Notes under the pieces: generated by a model | What the model was told of the DNA's origin: nothing | The model's database searches: none | What the model saw: only the letters and a program-made list of their open reading frames with translations | Made by a program: the position numbers and the translations under genes | Source of the DNA: a virus | Taxonomy: Duplodnaviria; Caudoviricetes | Virus record (IMG/VR): IMGVR_UViG_3300032272_000010 | Location: 5,733-69,732 of that record | Direction: 5' to 3' (one strand) | Length of the DNA stretch: 64,000 bases | Shown here: in pieces, positions 17,301 through 24,484 of the stretch | Numbering within the stretch: the stretch's first letter is position 1 | Layout: every line of letters begins with the position of its first letter

Positions 17301-19259
17301 AGTAGGGTGTATGTCTGTCAGCACATCCAACAGTGCGATGAATGTTGAACTGACTAGAGTCTTGAAGGTCGCGAAAATAGCTACAGTGTCAACTAGGAGT
17401 TTCTTGCTGAAATCAATAACACCGTTTATAAGGTCAGGCCACCATGAGTTGCCTACCACTTTGTCATATAGCCAGAAGAAGGAGCGCTCAATCTTTGTGA
17501 CAAAGGTAGAAATAAAGTCAGAGATCTGTTCCAAGGCTGATTTCTTGCCTGTGAAAGCGCCTATAACTTTTTCAAACAAACTCACTTTAAAAGGTTTAGA
17601 AAGAGCTGTACCGATAACTGCCACGGCACCTTCGACAGCAAAAGCTGTTGTCCATAAAGGGTCTAAGAAGACTTTCAATTGCCCTAATGCATCTCGCACT
17701 ATCTCTGCGAAGATGCCAAGAGCGCTACTAGCCATATTAAAGGCCAAGGGCAATGTCATGAAGGCGTCGCGCATTGCACTGAATACCTGAAACAGTCCAG
17801 GTGCAAGTGTGTCAAGCAGCAACCCACCGGCTTCGTAGAACTTTCTAGACGTTCCTGAGATACCTCTCAAGAGTTCGATCAAACTTTCGCCGAGTGTAAA
17901 CAGTTGACCTGGCACGAAACCTATAAGGCCGTCACCGATTAATCCGAAGTACCTAGCGCTCTTCTGAGCGAAGGTGTACAATACCACATCGGTGGATATC
18001 AGGAAGCTGGCAATAGAACCGCTGTTAGCTACTACGGCTTTTGCTAGATCTCTGAGACCTGCAGCATACTGCCGTAAGTTCTTAGTACTGAAAACTTTCT
18101 GGATGGTCTGGACGTCAAAGCCAGAAGCTGCCCAATACCTCGGTGAGAGCCTCTTTAAGTTTCTTACAGCTATCTCAACATCACTCTCTATAGCGATCAC
18201 GTCTATGAATTTGAAACGCCGCCATCTGCTGTACCAACCACCGAAGAAGTCATCAAGACTTCTTATAGCGCCTCTAAGGTCTCCTTTAAGAGTCCTTGTA
18301 AGGTAGCCACGAGGGATTACTGCTAAGAACTGTTTACCAAGCGTTAGCAAGATAGAGCCTAGAGGCTTGAGGATCCCTATAAATGTCTGGTTAAAACGCT
18401 GCAGACTGATATTCATGTCTATACCGAAGTCGAAAGCAGACTCGGAAGCTTCACGCATTTTATCAGCAATCTTCGCCACGCCTCTTGACAGGGCGACACT
18501 TAAGTTCAAGCCTTTGTCAAAAGAGAACAGCATGAGCTTGGTGCTGTCGAGAAGTACGGCATTGTTCTGACGCAAGGTAGGAACTACATTGGCAAACTCT
18601 TCACCAATCTTACCAGCTTGTGAGCGAAGAGCATTGAAGACTGTGAGAGTCGTCAGCTTGCCTTCTTCAGCCAGATCTTTCAAAGAACCGTAAGCCACAC
18701 CCATACCATCGGATATAGCTCTTGCTACTCTAGGCAGCTGCTCTAAAACTGCCAGCAATTCTTGACCACGTAGCTGACCACTAGAGAGGCCTTGACCCAT
18801 CTGCACAATAGCTGAGTTGGCAGACTCCGAAGCCGCTCCTGACAAGGTTATAGACTTCTGAATGGCCTCAGTTACCTTGAGTATTTTTCTTTGGGCAATA
18901 TTCTGCCCATATAGAGAGCGACCTAGCACCCCATAAGTGTTTATCACGCCTGTTAGCGCGGTTTTGGTACGTATTGATATTGCGAGGGACTCTTTCTGAA
19001 CTTCATTCAGTTCACGTGTTCGTCCGGTTACAACGGCAATCTTGTTTTCCATCTCAGCGAAATCCGAAGATATCTTTGAAACTGCTGTGAAGATACCCGC
19101 TGTTGCTGCAAAACCTGCGAAGGCTTTGACCAGACCGTTAACTGTTTTAGCGGCATTAGAAGTCGTCCTCTCGATATTTTTAACAGAATCATCTATTCTG
19201 CCTAAATCGCGTTCGGCCTTCGAGGTTTTAGCAGTTACGTCAATTACTACGCCTGTCAT
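11382..19259 (-). CDS. Tape measure protein, 2625 aa
   Basis: N-terminal tape-measure domain (AIVQMGQGLSSGQLRGQELLAVLEQLP), Ala/Gly/Leu-rich hydrophobic middle, C-terminal ATGG motifs; follows the tail chaperones. Confidence 0.9.
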   Translation of the reverse strand: MTGVVIDVTAKTSKAERDLGRIDDSVKNIERTTSNAAKTVNGLVKAFAGFAATAGIFTAVSKISSDFAEMENKIAVVTGRTRELNEVQKESLAISIRTKTALTGVINTYGVLGRSLYGQNIAQRKILKVTEAIQKSITLSGAASESANSAIVQMGQGLSSGQLRGQELLAVLEQLPRVARAISDGMGVAYGSLKDLAEEGKLTTLTVFNALRSQAGKIGEEFANVVPTLRQNNAVLLDSTKLMLFSFDKGLNLSVALSRGVAKIADKMREASESAFDFGIDMNISLQRFNQTFIGILKPLGSILLTLGKQFLAVIPRGYLTRTLKGDLRGAIRSLDDFFGGWYSRWRRFKFIDVIAIESDVEIAVRNLKRLSPRYWAASGFDVQTIQKVFSTKNLRQYAAGLRDLAKAVVANSGSIASFLISTDVVLYTFAQKSARYFGLIGDGLIGFVPGQLFTLGESLIELLRGISGTSRKFYEAGGLLLDTLAPGLFQVFSAMRDAFMTLPLAFNMASSALGIFAEIVRDALGQLKVFLDPLWTTAFAVEGAVAVIGTALSKPFKVSLFEKVIGAFTGKKSALEQISDFISTFVTKIERSFFWLYDKVVGNSWWPDLINGVIDFSKKLLVDTVAIFATFKTLVSSTFIALLDVLTDIHPTLGVVVVAFATLSLVASSVYVSFVAIGYVISNFVAQLSLAVLAGATITPVLLSIAQNLVILSGAFATALLVDSLTVALKGIQKFAEGAEKAFFWLYDKVIGNSWWTDLVDSVVNGSSTLWAKSKAGLLKFRRGAEQVFKSLYEQGAGALNGSAFTLQNPFESSKFSISNLIDATELGDVVSEAFVKASVTLKTLLAATVVANVGQFTKLFQAKSIPQAFGKVLLHTLLGVASQFIERLTGKEIEGSLGSIIGEALGLLAGAILRSLPDLAKGFAAAASSFTRSFLESIPVIGTAIAGIFAIGDATGTSGALGLLGAYFFGPSVLNLLKHLGVFPGYIEEIQTLAGKVASSFGKKGVIGSVLFGKGATLQIIAALGSVLAYLGVFDGVLEKGSFFEFAVKGGLMYFALFGAGGIPRIISGIKKVGSVFVSLFAKLAPGIASSKTFDKIFSLEGFSKASLFKGLGDLVKAFSTDMNQQLDHAIDTGVKSFAKFYKYVRNLAIGASTSMEVGFAKSAAGFQRAFSGDFFSTKFAAISTAVTKLYGDILAASFAFQYKLDQKGGIQGVLKKFLFSKYGKFAVLGAVLFLFSSIVRAGEDTADQLGEVGVLDSFFSSFEKNFNSNPVGTVLETITVGWLALLFISKDTAFKVAGHAGSLLAAFGSYAVGVSRTVLLAMSPLRSLLPGLLGAAIGGTLGSQLGGEFGAAFGTIAGVVAASSFGKAFLASLLGVVRKIAVRVAAAVGIALSAVVSVPALLIAALVGVVTVGAGLLYTFLFGEKGTFLESVKKQLEAAKKLIFFWKKELQTDESTGLSKELAEFAKQEFKITWYIPEIDMDRAGKRVTNKIKRRLEQLEDRIGEAADQKANSGRVEASLRKEIETLKRGMESTLDAARSRQAFSTGEFKASMDDLFKRSSSIGGEIGQGFVDALIAERRFTTLLNPSATRGERKKARDALSEGRHVFGANVKPIGFDKLTAAVSEFESLELDIGSTFQKELSRGLIGYYRNAKDFDKLVNTPGQLPQDPFEIEDALEKVYRYEKVIRDAMSGGSAFAKRAAQIEAFDSRIAGLEANLSKLDLTLNTRDFALRPGDLGVLEGYGERASKLADEDIGTTGEANNNLANRKLLGREFNEFVQSLAYNDASAYNKVFHERMAKLLPVFSETTTAGFSKSFKAKLLKDLEELEGFKKSFNEEGNESFKTTTGSTGILSFLSNKGQAELDLVPEIENKRKALDDYVKKAAKIVEESVNSHFSADPLKELADTVGLSFDTLVGNVGLGEAKKQILSVSGALTRLSGAMYTNEPSFIEDALEDLRLAKLATTKVNYTAETLASTLSEIGISDTSLFDEAELTKLLAASKGLSSISHEMAALGKNADFAEVSKILKRQAAFQRTLSEAALKGLHSTPTKILESLSAAGIDEALYQYMDDGVVAGLLAARQEAEGIRLALQDENNVKNISQLVADLAEVESTFTSLSARRSKVEANRKSSVSAQNVDSLSNRELLGSIVEAYPALESLQKNLHKLSRPELISMFNRATNWAAKMETADLDGVSAAPVVSFIEQIKVLQKQLSKGPAPVVKNLQGRLSLHDIGFESETSDLFTEVNSAYLESLVTKADNARIAVEQAAGGPLARSARFTYNEILRQIAEHIETASRDPAEKARAAAETFADSVSSSVNEGFRSLLDGSGDVKDLITGVVDAFTSSVLDTFVDALLDPITGEDGWLTGQLKGLGQKFWGSVSGWLRGGSEGGSAVPGSETGIDPCLKGSATVVAKLGENSAKQGGFFGVLGGIFQSGMAILSGSFSNLFKGLYSIFTAGGGDGPSLLGLAVSIGKSVVGALGGLGNSAPDTSAGSSYVDYSTYAATGGLLRGPGTGTSDSINAKLSTGEFIVNAAQTAKHKDLLFAINSNRIDGYATGGMVGASVSSTTSLIKPSPAMASGRGDSTFHISITGDISRQTRSEIYKMLPQIAKGVNRNNHEAGR

Positions 19260-19271
19260 AAGACCTCCTAT

Positions 19272-19309
19272 TAAAATGCCCCACAGAAGGAATAAACCTT
19301 TTATGGGGC
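19272..19309 (-). terminator. Terminator-like hairpin before the tape measure gene
   Basis: GCCCCATAAAAGG-TTTATT-CCTTCTGTGGGGC followed by ATTTT. Confidence 0.5.
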
Positions 19310-19316
19310 GGGTGTT

Positions 19317-19628
19317 TTAAATTTTCTTTGGAACCACAATGATTCCGTCAGGCTCAACGCCTGCAATACCGAGCAGAGTCCTTTCTACGAACTTCTTCTC
19401 AGCTTGAGGTGAGCTTCCGTCGTTCAAAGCCTCAATATGTTCAACAGCATTCTCTAAAGACGTGCCATTGATCTTCCATCCATCACGAGCTTCACCTGTA
19501 TCCACTGGAGTAGCTAGCTTCAACTTAGCAAGTGCTTCATGGCGCTTTAAAAGAGTCTTTGCCTCAGCTTCTTTACGAAGGTCAGCCTTCAACTCTTTCA
19601 TCGCCAATTTGCGATACTTAACCTTCAC
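19317..19628 (-). CDS. HK97 gp10-like tail completion protein
   Basis: ATPVDTGEARDGW motif. Confidence 0.65.
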   Translation of the reverse strand: MKVKYRKLAMKELKADLRKEAEAKTLLKRHEALAKLKLATPVDTGEARDGWKINGTSLENAVEHIEALNDGSSPQAEKKFVERTLLGIAGVEPDGIIVVPKKI

Positions 19629-19969
19629 GAGAAATCGACATCGTCGCCTCCTTTGGCACCAAGCATCTTGCTGAACATCGTAGATTGCTTCAAGTTAGCT
19701 ACGTCTATCTGTCCAGGCTTCATTTTAGGGATGTTCTCTTGCATCATCCTTAGTGAAGGAAAGATTTCCTCTCCCTTAGCCTCACTGCCGAATGTTCTCA
19801 TGAGCTTATGAGTGCGGTCATCCTCACGCCAGCCTAGAGGCCGTTCACGAAAATACCGCATCCACATCTTAAACTCATCAAAAGGCATCTCATCCCGCAT
19901 CTTGTATACGGGCATCCTTAAGTTTAGAGCTAGCTCAAAAGTGAGTAGCTCCTCTTCAGTTAGTTTCCC
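19625..19969 (-). CDS. Tail assembly chaperone, C-terminal (GT-like) part reached by -1 frameshift
   Basis: The -1 frame from GGGAAAC reads GKLTEEELLTFELALNLR straight into MPVYKM (19625..19915). Confidence 0.75.
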   Translation of the reverse strand, partial: GKLTEEELLTFELALNLRMPVYKMRDEMPFDEFKMWMRYFRERPLGWREDDRTHKLMRTFGSEAKGEEIFPSLRMMQENIPKMKPGQIDVANLKQSTMFSKMLGAKGGDDVDFS

Positions 19970-20346
19970 TCAACTGCGGCTCCAGCTGAGAGACCTGAGA
20001 ACTCCATGATTGCATTTGAGAGACTAGTCACTTCTTCCATAGGGAAGCTCTCGAAGTCTTCGTTAGAAAGCTCAGAAGCACCTTCTGCACCTAAGTTGAT
20101 AACTAGACGAAGTACAGCGAAGGCATCTTCGGTGTTCTCATTCTCTTCAGCATTAGTGCCATCAAGGCCAGAACGCTTAGCGGCAGCCTGGATTTCTTGG
20201 GCCTGTTTAATAGACAGCTTGAAGATAGTTACATCTTCACCCATAAATTTGGTTGTCTTTTGGATTTTCTTGTTTACCAGTTTTTCAAAACCTGACATCG
20301 TGCTATTCTCCTTTGAAGAGATGTTGATTGGCGGATTGGAACTCAT
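19960..20346 (-). CDS. Tail assembly chaperone (G-like); probable start at MSGFEK
   Basis: Position between tail tube and tape measure; ends GAG GGA AAC TAA. Confidence 0.75.
   Translation of the reverse strand: MSSNPPINISSKENSTMSGFEKLVNKKIQKTTKFMGEDVTIFKLSIKQAQEIQAAAKRSGLDGTNAEENENTEDAFAVLRLVINLGAEGASELSNEDFESFPMEEVTSLSNAIMEFSGLSAGAAVEGN
19963..19969 (-). other. -1 ribosomal slippery heptamer G GGA AAC
   Basis: In-frame X XXY YYZ immediately before the stop codon, as in lambda G-T. Confidence 0.8.
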
Positions 20347-20542
20347 CTAGATTCTTCCTCATTGTATGTAGAACTTGTAATGCATCAAATACTTCTTTAG
20401 CCTTCTCAGGCTGATCTTTGAATTCTACAGTTCGATCGAATGTTTTTCGGATGCTGATATCGATAGCCTTTCGCATGTGCTTGGCAGTAGTTCTAAGAAC
20501 ATAGCCAATACTAAAAGGGTATTTAGTGGGTGATTCAGACAT
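20303..20542 (-). CDS. Hypothetical protein between tail tube and chaperone
   Basis: 79-aa ORF with AAGGA RBS. Confidence 0.6.
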   Translation of the reverse strand: MSESPTKYPFSIGYVLRTTAKHMRKAIDISIRKTFDRTVEFKDQPEKAKEVFDALQVLHTMRKNLDEFQSANQHLFKGE

Positions 20543-20558
20543 GGTTTAATGATCCTTA

Positions 20559-20586
20559 TAAATGAAGGGGACACATGAGCGCCCCC
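20559..20586 (-). terminator. Terminator-like hairpin after the tail tube gene
   Basis: GGGGGCGC-TCAT-GTGTCCCC followed by TTCATTT. Confidence 0.45.
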
Positions 20587-20594
20587 TATTTTGA

Positions 20595-21179
20595 CTATAC
20601 GGTGTACGGTCCGAAGAACGAAGACTGCATTGTCAGAGTGATGGTTGCTTGGTTAGCATCTGTCAAGTTTGGTGAAACCTGAATTGCTTCGAGCTTACCG
20701 ATCCAGTAGTAGTAGCTGTTCTGTACAGAACCCATTCCACCGGCAGTAGCCAAGTAGGAAGCAGGCTCAGAGTTCAAAAGAGCAAAGCGCATGATGTACT
20801 GCACGCCATCACCCACAGCGTCACCAAGAAGAGAACCGTCAGCCCATTCAGCAGCAACGTAGTTCAACGTTAGCTCCATAGAAGGTGCATCAGCCTGTCC
20901 CTGAATCTGTTGGGATGTCTTACTACCGTACACAGGTACGTTAACGATATTCGGAGGTGTACCCATTGAAGGAAACTCTCGAACGTCTTTTACACGCACA
21001 AATGTCTTTGTAGTGTCATCTTTTGTACCGCCAATAGAGGCGATTTCAGCAGCAAAGTAGTCATCAAACTCAGTGGCTGTGTCTAGCGCAGCAATAGCTG
21101 CACTGCTCGGGTCGGTGATAGGCATTGCAATCGATAGATCGGAAAACAGGCCAGCACCAATTGAAGAGATATGTGTCAT
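20595..21179 (-). CDS. Major tail (tube) protein
   Basis: VKDVREFPSMGTPPNIVNVPVYG...GQADAPSMELTLNY tail-tube pattern; position. Confidence 0.75.
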   Translation of the reverse strand: MTHISSIGAGLFSDLSIAMPITDPSSAAIAALDTATEFDDYFAAEIASIGGTKDDTTKTFVRVKDVREFPSMGTPPNIVNVPVYGSKTSQQIQGQADAPSMELTLNYVAAEWADGSLLGDAVGDGVQYIMRFALLNSEPASYLATAGGMGSVQNSYYYWIGKLEAIQVSPNLTDANQATITLTMQSSFFGPYTV

Positions 21180-21181
21180 TT

Positions 21182-21586
21182 CTAACTCCTAACAAAATGT
21201 TTAAAGGTAATTGAGTAGACAGATTTGTACAAGTCGGGGTTCTCTTTATCAATTCCGCTAGTGGCGAAACTACTGCCAAGAAACTGTGAGGTTCCTTCAC
21301 CGGATGTCAAAGAGTTCCCTACTAGGAAACCGTCTAAAAAGTCAGCTATCAAGGCTGCACGAAGAGGCCCTTGGCCCCTAGGCGTGTATATATCTGCACT
21401 TAGTATTCCACTTCCCGAGCCAATGTTGATACCACCTCCTGAAGGTATCACTGATACGTGAACGTATTCAGCAATGTCAGCAGGACGAGGCACATTGTCC
21501 GGTATTGTAGCGATATTTAAGTCTGCCCAAGCGGTCATTGCAAAGACTGAAAAGACGTCTGAAACGATGTCAGCATACTTAGTCAT
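21182..21586 (-). CDS. Tail terminator-like protein
   Basis: Position before the tail tube; G.L...IYTP.G.G...A..IAD.L pattern. Confidence 0.6.
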   Translation of the reverse strand: MTKYADIVSDVFSVFAMTAWADLNIATIPDNVPRPADIAEYVHVSVIPSGGGINIGSGSGILSADIYTPRGQGPLRAALIADFLDGFLVGNSLTSGEGTSQFLGSSFATSGIDKENPDLYKSVYSITFKHFVRS

Positions 21587-21933
21587 AATGCAACCCCCTT
21601 GAAGGCTTTGATGAGTGTCACGAAAGAGTTGACCCCGTACTCCACGGAGAAAGTGTATGAATTGCCCTGGTACTCAAGTATGTCATACACTGACAGGTCA
21701 CCAACCTCTTTACGTTTAATCAACAGCGACTTTTCGTTGACCTTAGTCTTCTTGCCGCTCTCAATTTCAATCACCTCAATAACAAGAGGGACTTCCGTCG
21801 CCAGATCAGGTACACTACTCCCAAAGTCGAAGCCCGAGGACTGCTTCTTCTTTAATGTACCTTCCGTGACGAGGTCGCCCAATGCTTTGAAAGCCGTTTC
21901 CAAGCCCTTATCAATAGTAGCTGTTAGTCCCAC
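21583..21933 (-). CDS. Head closure / head-tail joining protein
   Basis: Position and size (116 aa). Confidence 0.5.
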   Translation of the reverse strand: MGLTATIDKGLETAFKALGDLVTEGTLKKKQSSGFDFGSSVPDLATEVPLVIEVIEIESGKKTKVNEKSLLIKRKEVGDLSVYDILEYQGNSYTFSVEYGVNSFVTLIKAFKGVAL

Positions 21934-22412
21934 TAGTTAACCCTCCACCATAGTGCAGCACCACCATTCTTTCGAAAAGGGGCTACTAACCGGTAGACAG
22001 TAGGTGGGGTGGAGCTTACTTTGCTCAGGCCTTTGAGCTCAATAGGACCTACTTTAATATCATCGATGGAAGAGCCTTCGTCTAACACATCTGTGTTCAC
22101 AAGAAAGTGGTAGGCCATTTCGACCACCGCCTCCTTGACACGACTCGGGATTTCATCTTCAACAAACTGAATAAATTGACCATGTAGCGGATCGAAATAC
22201 TGACCACTACGAGGAAATGCTAAAGTCTGAGAGACACTGACAGTTATACCTTCCCAACTCATTGCGTTGAGCGTACGGGAGGCCGTCACTAAGGATTGCT
22301 CCTTATCAGCGTCAGAGGCATCGACCCATGCTTGGGAGTTTGCCCTGTCTGCCATATAGCCGTCAGCGTCTGCGAGACTAACATAACTGTTAACCCCTTC
22401 TTCTAAAGCCAT
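21933..22412 (-). CDS. Head-tail adaptor (DnaT-like family)
   Basis: NSYVSLADADGY...KEQSLVTASR.LN..W.G...Q.LAFPR pattern; follows the capsid gene. Confidence 0.7.
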   Translation of the reverse strand: MALEEGVNSYVSLADADGYMADRANSQAWVDASDADKEQSLVTASRTLNAMSWEGITVSVSQTLAFPRSGQYFDPLHGQFIQFVEDEIPSRVKEAVVEMAYHFLVNTDVLDEGSSIDDIKVGPIELKGLSKVSSTPPTVYRLVAPFRKNGGAALWWRVN

Positions 22413-22427
22413 CAGCGTCTCTCCTAT

Positions 22428-23615
22428 TTAGCTATGGAATACAGGCAAAATGCCTAGTGATAATGCTGAGGCACTCTTACGACCCCAAGAACCTGTAGTT
22501 GAAGCTAGCGTGCCTGAACCAACACTAGTTAGCAACTTAGGAGTTGAACCTTCAACAGCATACTGATATTCAGCATCAGAAGGGAAAGCTTCTTGTCCAC
22601 CCATCCAGTCGTAACCAGCAGGTGCAAGTACGTAGCCCCAACGATACCAAACAGCTGTAGTACCACCACCTTTATAGGCAGAAGCATCGCGCTCGATTTC
22701 TACATCATCAGGAACAGAAAGGTTCTCCATTGCTAGAGCGCCTGGCTGCACTAAGAAAGTAGTCTTAGTACCGACAATATCCACGCCCACGCCTGTATTC
22801 AGTTTTGTCAACTGAGCAGAGGTGAAGCCTTGAGAAGCACGCGTCTGGATTAGACGGAACTTGCCTTGGAACATGGTGTCGAATGAGATGTTACCATCAA
22901 CAACCTTGGTGTCGTCCACTAAGTTAGCAGCACGGAATGAAGCCATAACTTCAGGCGAAGTGATGCAATAAACGTACTCAGGCTCGTAGTCTTTATAAGC
23001 CATTCCAAGAGCTTGTAACAAGCCGCTTGCACGTTGTGCACCAATATTAGCAGCAGCAGCATCAGTAATGATTTTGCTAGCGCCTAGATCGACATAGAAG
23101 CCATACTTACCGTCAGTAGGGTCATTGTCAAAACTCTGACCACCAAGACCAGTCGCGCCACTTGCAGCAGCACAGCCAGCTAAGGCTTCAGAGATAGCTA
23201 CACCTTTCAATACAGAAAGAATAGCGTTGTGTTCGTCATTTGCTTGAGTTTCACCAAAGTCTTGACCGATCTTCTGCAGACCGTCTTCTTGGGTTACTAC
23301 TTGTTGCATGTTCACTTTCTCAGCACCGTGAGTACGTACAGTTTTAATGTAACGCAAGTAGTCGCGAGAAGTGGAACTTTTTGTACCAGCAGCGGAATCA
23401 GTAAGTGATGCCACGTTGATAGTCGGGTTTAAAGGTTTGCGCCAGCGAATCTGGCCAACAAATGTTTCAGTGCTTGGGTCGATCTGGTCGTTTCCACCTA
23501 CAATAGCAGTACCAGATAACTTACGTGCAGTTGTGTAAGCCTCATCTGAGTAAGCACCAATGGCCTCTTGCAAGACGTAGTTAGAAGCGCCTGCTAGGTT
23601 TGATTGAACTGTCAT
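22428..23615 (-). CDS. Major capsid protein
   Basis: 395 aa, strong codon bias, between scaffold and adaptor. Confidence 0.8.
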   Translation of the reverse strand: MTVQSNLAGASNYVLQEAIGAYSDEAYTTARKLSGTAIVGGNDQIDPSTETFVGQIRWRKPLNPTINVASLTDSAAGTKSSTSRDYLRYIKTVRTHGAEKVNMQQVVTQEDGLQKIGQDFGETQANDEHNAILSVLKGVAISEALAGCAAASGATGLGGQSFDNDPTDGKYGFYVDLGASKIITDAAAANIGAQRASGLLQALGMAYKDYEPEYVYCITSPEVMASFRAANLVDDTKVVDGNISFDTMFQGKFRLIQTRASQGFTSAQLTKLNTGVGVDIVGTKTTFLVQPGALAMENLSVPDDVEIERDASAYKGGGTTAVWYRWGYVLAPAGYDWMGGQEAFPSDAEYQYAVEGSTPKLLTSVGSGTLASTTGSWGRKSASALSLGILPVFHS

Positions 23616-23625
23616 GTCTTAATCC

Positions 23626-24330
23626 TTAACGATTTTTAGGTCGGCTCCGGACAAGTTTACCTTCTTCGGCCATCTTAATGACTTCCGACTGTGACTTATC
23701 ACTGAGTTTCCCTTTGGGTTCGGGTTCTCCGCCAGTAGGTGGTTTTAAGTCCGGCCCACTTGACGATTTTGGTTTTAGCAAGAACTTATTGTCTTCCTGC
23801 TCGAAATATGTCTTGACAACAGTGCTCAAAGAGTCACCTGCCTTACTCCGCCATACACCTTGGTCATCCTTAACTAGGCTGTCTGCAATTTCACGCTTGG
23901 CTAAACCTTTAGCCTTAGCATTGCGAAAAGTCATTACACCTAATTCATTGGCGATCTGACCGTCTCTAGACAACTTAGTGTTCTCAGACGCTAATGCTTC
24001 TAGCTCTGCTCTCAAAGTAGTGTTCTGTAATTCCAGAGCTTCCTTTTCCTTACCCTCTGCCTTTAGCGAATCAATCTCGTTCTGTGTCATGGTGGCTTTT
24101 AGCTCTGCGACCGTGGTCAACAAAGTATCGCGCTCAGCATATGCACCGTCGAGTTTAGTCTTGATGTCTTTAAGCTCTTCTGCAACAGCCGTTTGTACCG
24201 CAGCCTTTAACTCAGGAGTGCTGAGGTCTACTGTGGGTGGTGTTGCTGGTGGGGTTACAGGAGGTGTCACCGGTGGGGTTACAGGAGGTGTCACGGGGGG
24301 AGTTACAGGTGGTGTTACTGGATCTGGCAT
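23626..24330 (-). CDS. Capsid scaffolding protein with N-terminal (PVTP)6-PATP repeat
   Basis: Coiled-coil, charged sequence directly upstream of the capsid gene. Confidence 0.75.
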   Translation of the reverse strand: MPDPVTPPVTPPVTPPVTPPVTPPVTPPATPPTVDLSTPELKAAVQTAVAEELKDIKTKLDGAYAERDTLLTTVAELKATMTQNEIDSLKAEGKEKEALELQNTTLRAELEALASENTKLSRDGQIANELGVMTFRNAKAKGLAKREIADSLVKDDQGVWRSKAGDSLSTVVKTYFEQEDNKFLLKPKSSSGPDLKPPTGGEPEPKGKLSDKSQSEVIKMAEEGKLVRSRPKNR

Positions 24331-24462
24331 CTTTATTTACCTTAAGTACGACTTATTGAAGGATCAAGTACAACTCAACCCTAGATTAATAGAAAGAGGA
24401 TTTAGAGACCTCCGTAGAAGTCTCAATGTTTCAAAAACTAGCTAAAATTTTAAAAACGTCCT

Positions 24463-24478
24463 GGGTTAATTCAACGGG
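24463..24478 (-). promoter_or_regulatory. Putative phage RNAP promoter upstream of scaffold/capsid
   Basis: CCCGTTGAATTAACCC, identical to the copy at 51926..51941. Confidence 0.65.
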
Positions 24479-24484
24479 CTAGAG

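Noticed and set aside
23978-24445. Plus-strand ORF with (GGVT)n repeats
   Set aside because: Antisense shadow of the scaffold PVTP tract.
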